DNA from: Catajapyx aquilonaris | Taxonomy: Eukaryota | Assembly (NCBI GenBank): GCA_000934665.2 | Contig: JYFJ02000031.1 | Span: 124,001-188,000 of the forward strand | Direction of reading: 5' to 3' | Length of the DNA: 64,000 nucleotides | In this document: positions 62,421-64,000 of the stretch, one piece after another | Layout: each line of letters begins with the position of its first letter | Position numbering within the stretch: position 1 is the stretch's first letter | Program-made: the position numbers and the translations under genes | Notes under the pieces: model-generated | Told to the model about the DNA's origin: nothing | Database searches by the model: none | Seen by the model: the letters and a program-made list of their open reading frames with translations, nothing else

Positions 62421-63921
62421 TCACTCGGGCTTGTTCCCGCTGCGGTGGCAGATGCCGTCTGGGACATTTCCTAACAGCCCGATCATCTCCAGTTCTGCGT
62501 TTCGGAGGACCCACTGGTGCTCCATTATCTCAAGCGCTTCCCACTCCGCCTTGAAGGCAGCTTTTGGGTCTTGAGGCATGGCCATGGCCGCCCCGCTCAT
62601 CTGCTCCTGCATTATGCGCGCTTGGTCAGCCGCTGAAAATATATTGGAATCGACCTCGTAAAGTGCCTGTGGGCACATGGGAATGAAGGATACAGTCCGG
62701 AGTAAGCTTACCGTTATTCTCGCCTAAGACAAGTGTGTATATGCTACGGAGACCAAACACATTGATGAAATACCAAGAGGCAGATGACACCCAGGATGCA
62801 TCCAAAGATAGAAGTTCAATTCCTCGCTGCAGCATTGGTTTGAAGCGCAGGGTGAGGGGGAATGGCACTTTGGCTGTCAATGGCAAGAAATAGTTAATTA
62901 TCATTAAAAATGCACAACATACTTCTATTCAAAATATTTTGCAAACAAAACAATGTATTACTTGTCAAGTGTTTTATAATTTACATCCATATACTGTATT
63001 AAAACGAGCCACATTATGAAGCGTACTTTTCTAAAATGAATATTACAAATCAGTCACATAACTGAGACACAGAGGTATACAACATGTAAAACTTCAGTAA
63101 GAAACCCCGTCATCTTGCGAGCAAGATGATGCCTTTACTTGTAACAAATCCTGAAAAGGTCCAGTTGATCCAACCACCAATCATAAGCATTGGCAAGACG
63201 TTGGTTACGTTTCCCTTCAGCATGTCCGTCATCATGTTCGGATCTGATATTGGGTTCTGCGTCGGAGGATTCCGCTTCTGGGTCTTAAAGTAACCTGCCA
63301 TTGCGGGAAGCAATTAGGACATGCCCCTAAGACCATGACATGCAATTGCATGCTTACCTGTCTCCTCATTGTTGAAGTAATGCTTCCTCATGAGAAAAGA
63401 CTGCTTCGGGAGGTACCTCCCATTCTCTCTCAGCGCGCGGGATCTGATCATTGCTTGACTGCAATGAAACATCACATTCAGCAAAATACATGTATAAATT
63501 TAAGAAATGCTATCAAGTAATTAAACATCTAGGCAATGTTTGTTTGTTTGTCCAGGTAGATGGGGAAGCTGCCGAGGGTGGGCGTGGTAGCCAGTGGTAT
63601 ACCCATTTCGTACCCAGTGTGTTTACCATCGAAACAAGCCATGCGAAGAATGGATTCTGCCGTTAGCAATTAAGCATGGCGCACCTCCTGCATAACAAGT
63701 GGTGCTTGCATCAACTGCGGCTTTACCATGTCCGCTTGAAACGTAACGATGCGGTGTCCCCCACTGCCTCACCTGTCCTGAACCTGCACCAGCTCCACCT
63801 TCTTCTGCGACGTGAGCAGGATGGACACATAGTGCCTGACTATCCCGATGAGGAAAGTGATGACCACGATGGGCAGGAAGACCCAGGCCCTGATGTTGGA
63901 GTCCAGCAGAAGCTCTGCCAT
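62421..63921 (-). CDS. EMC3: ER membrane protein complex subunit 3
   Basis: [128 protein letters not shown]; 5 exons. Confidence 0.97.
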
Positions 63922-64000
63922 CTTGGTCTGATGTTGCAAAGCAGCGGTAGTATCGCCAAGGCCTCCCATCGATCGATCCGCTACCAAAAATTCCGCGTGC

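Overview
Eukaryotic, gene-dense, intron-containing DNA, most likely arthropod (inferred from a Thd1-like AT-hook TDG, a Gly/His-rich secreted gene and CpG-poor gene bodies). Spliced gene models built by hand from GT-AG sites, in order: a Gly/His-rich secreted gene (+) nested in an intron of an SLC6 transporter (-); a 12-Cys secreted, probably GPI-anchored protein; NDUFAF3 head-to-head with a UDP-galactose transporter (SLC35A2-like); a ~4 kb tandem duplication of a head-to-head IFT25(HSPB11)/LRRC42 cassette; ZRANB2 (5' end cut by an N); a 5-exon myristoylation-motif protein whose C-terminus resembles vertebrate ciliary cystin-1; RPP14; TDG with two candidate promoters and first exons; UXT; GPATCH1; EMC3. 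Introns carry several MITE families, a tRNA-derived SINE and a candidate P-element excision footprint. Gene identities rest on recalled family motifs, not on database searches. The strongest leads are the cystin-like gene and the duplicated IFT25-LRRC42 pair, whose head-to-head arrangement matches what I recall of the human locus.
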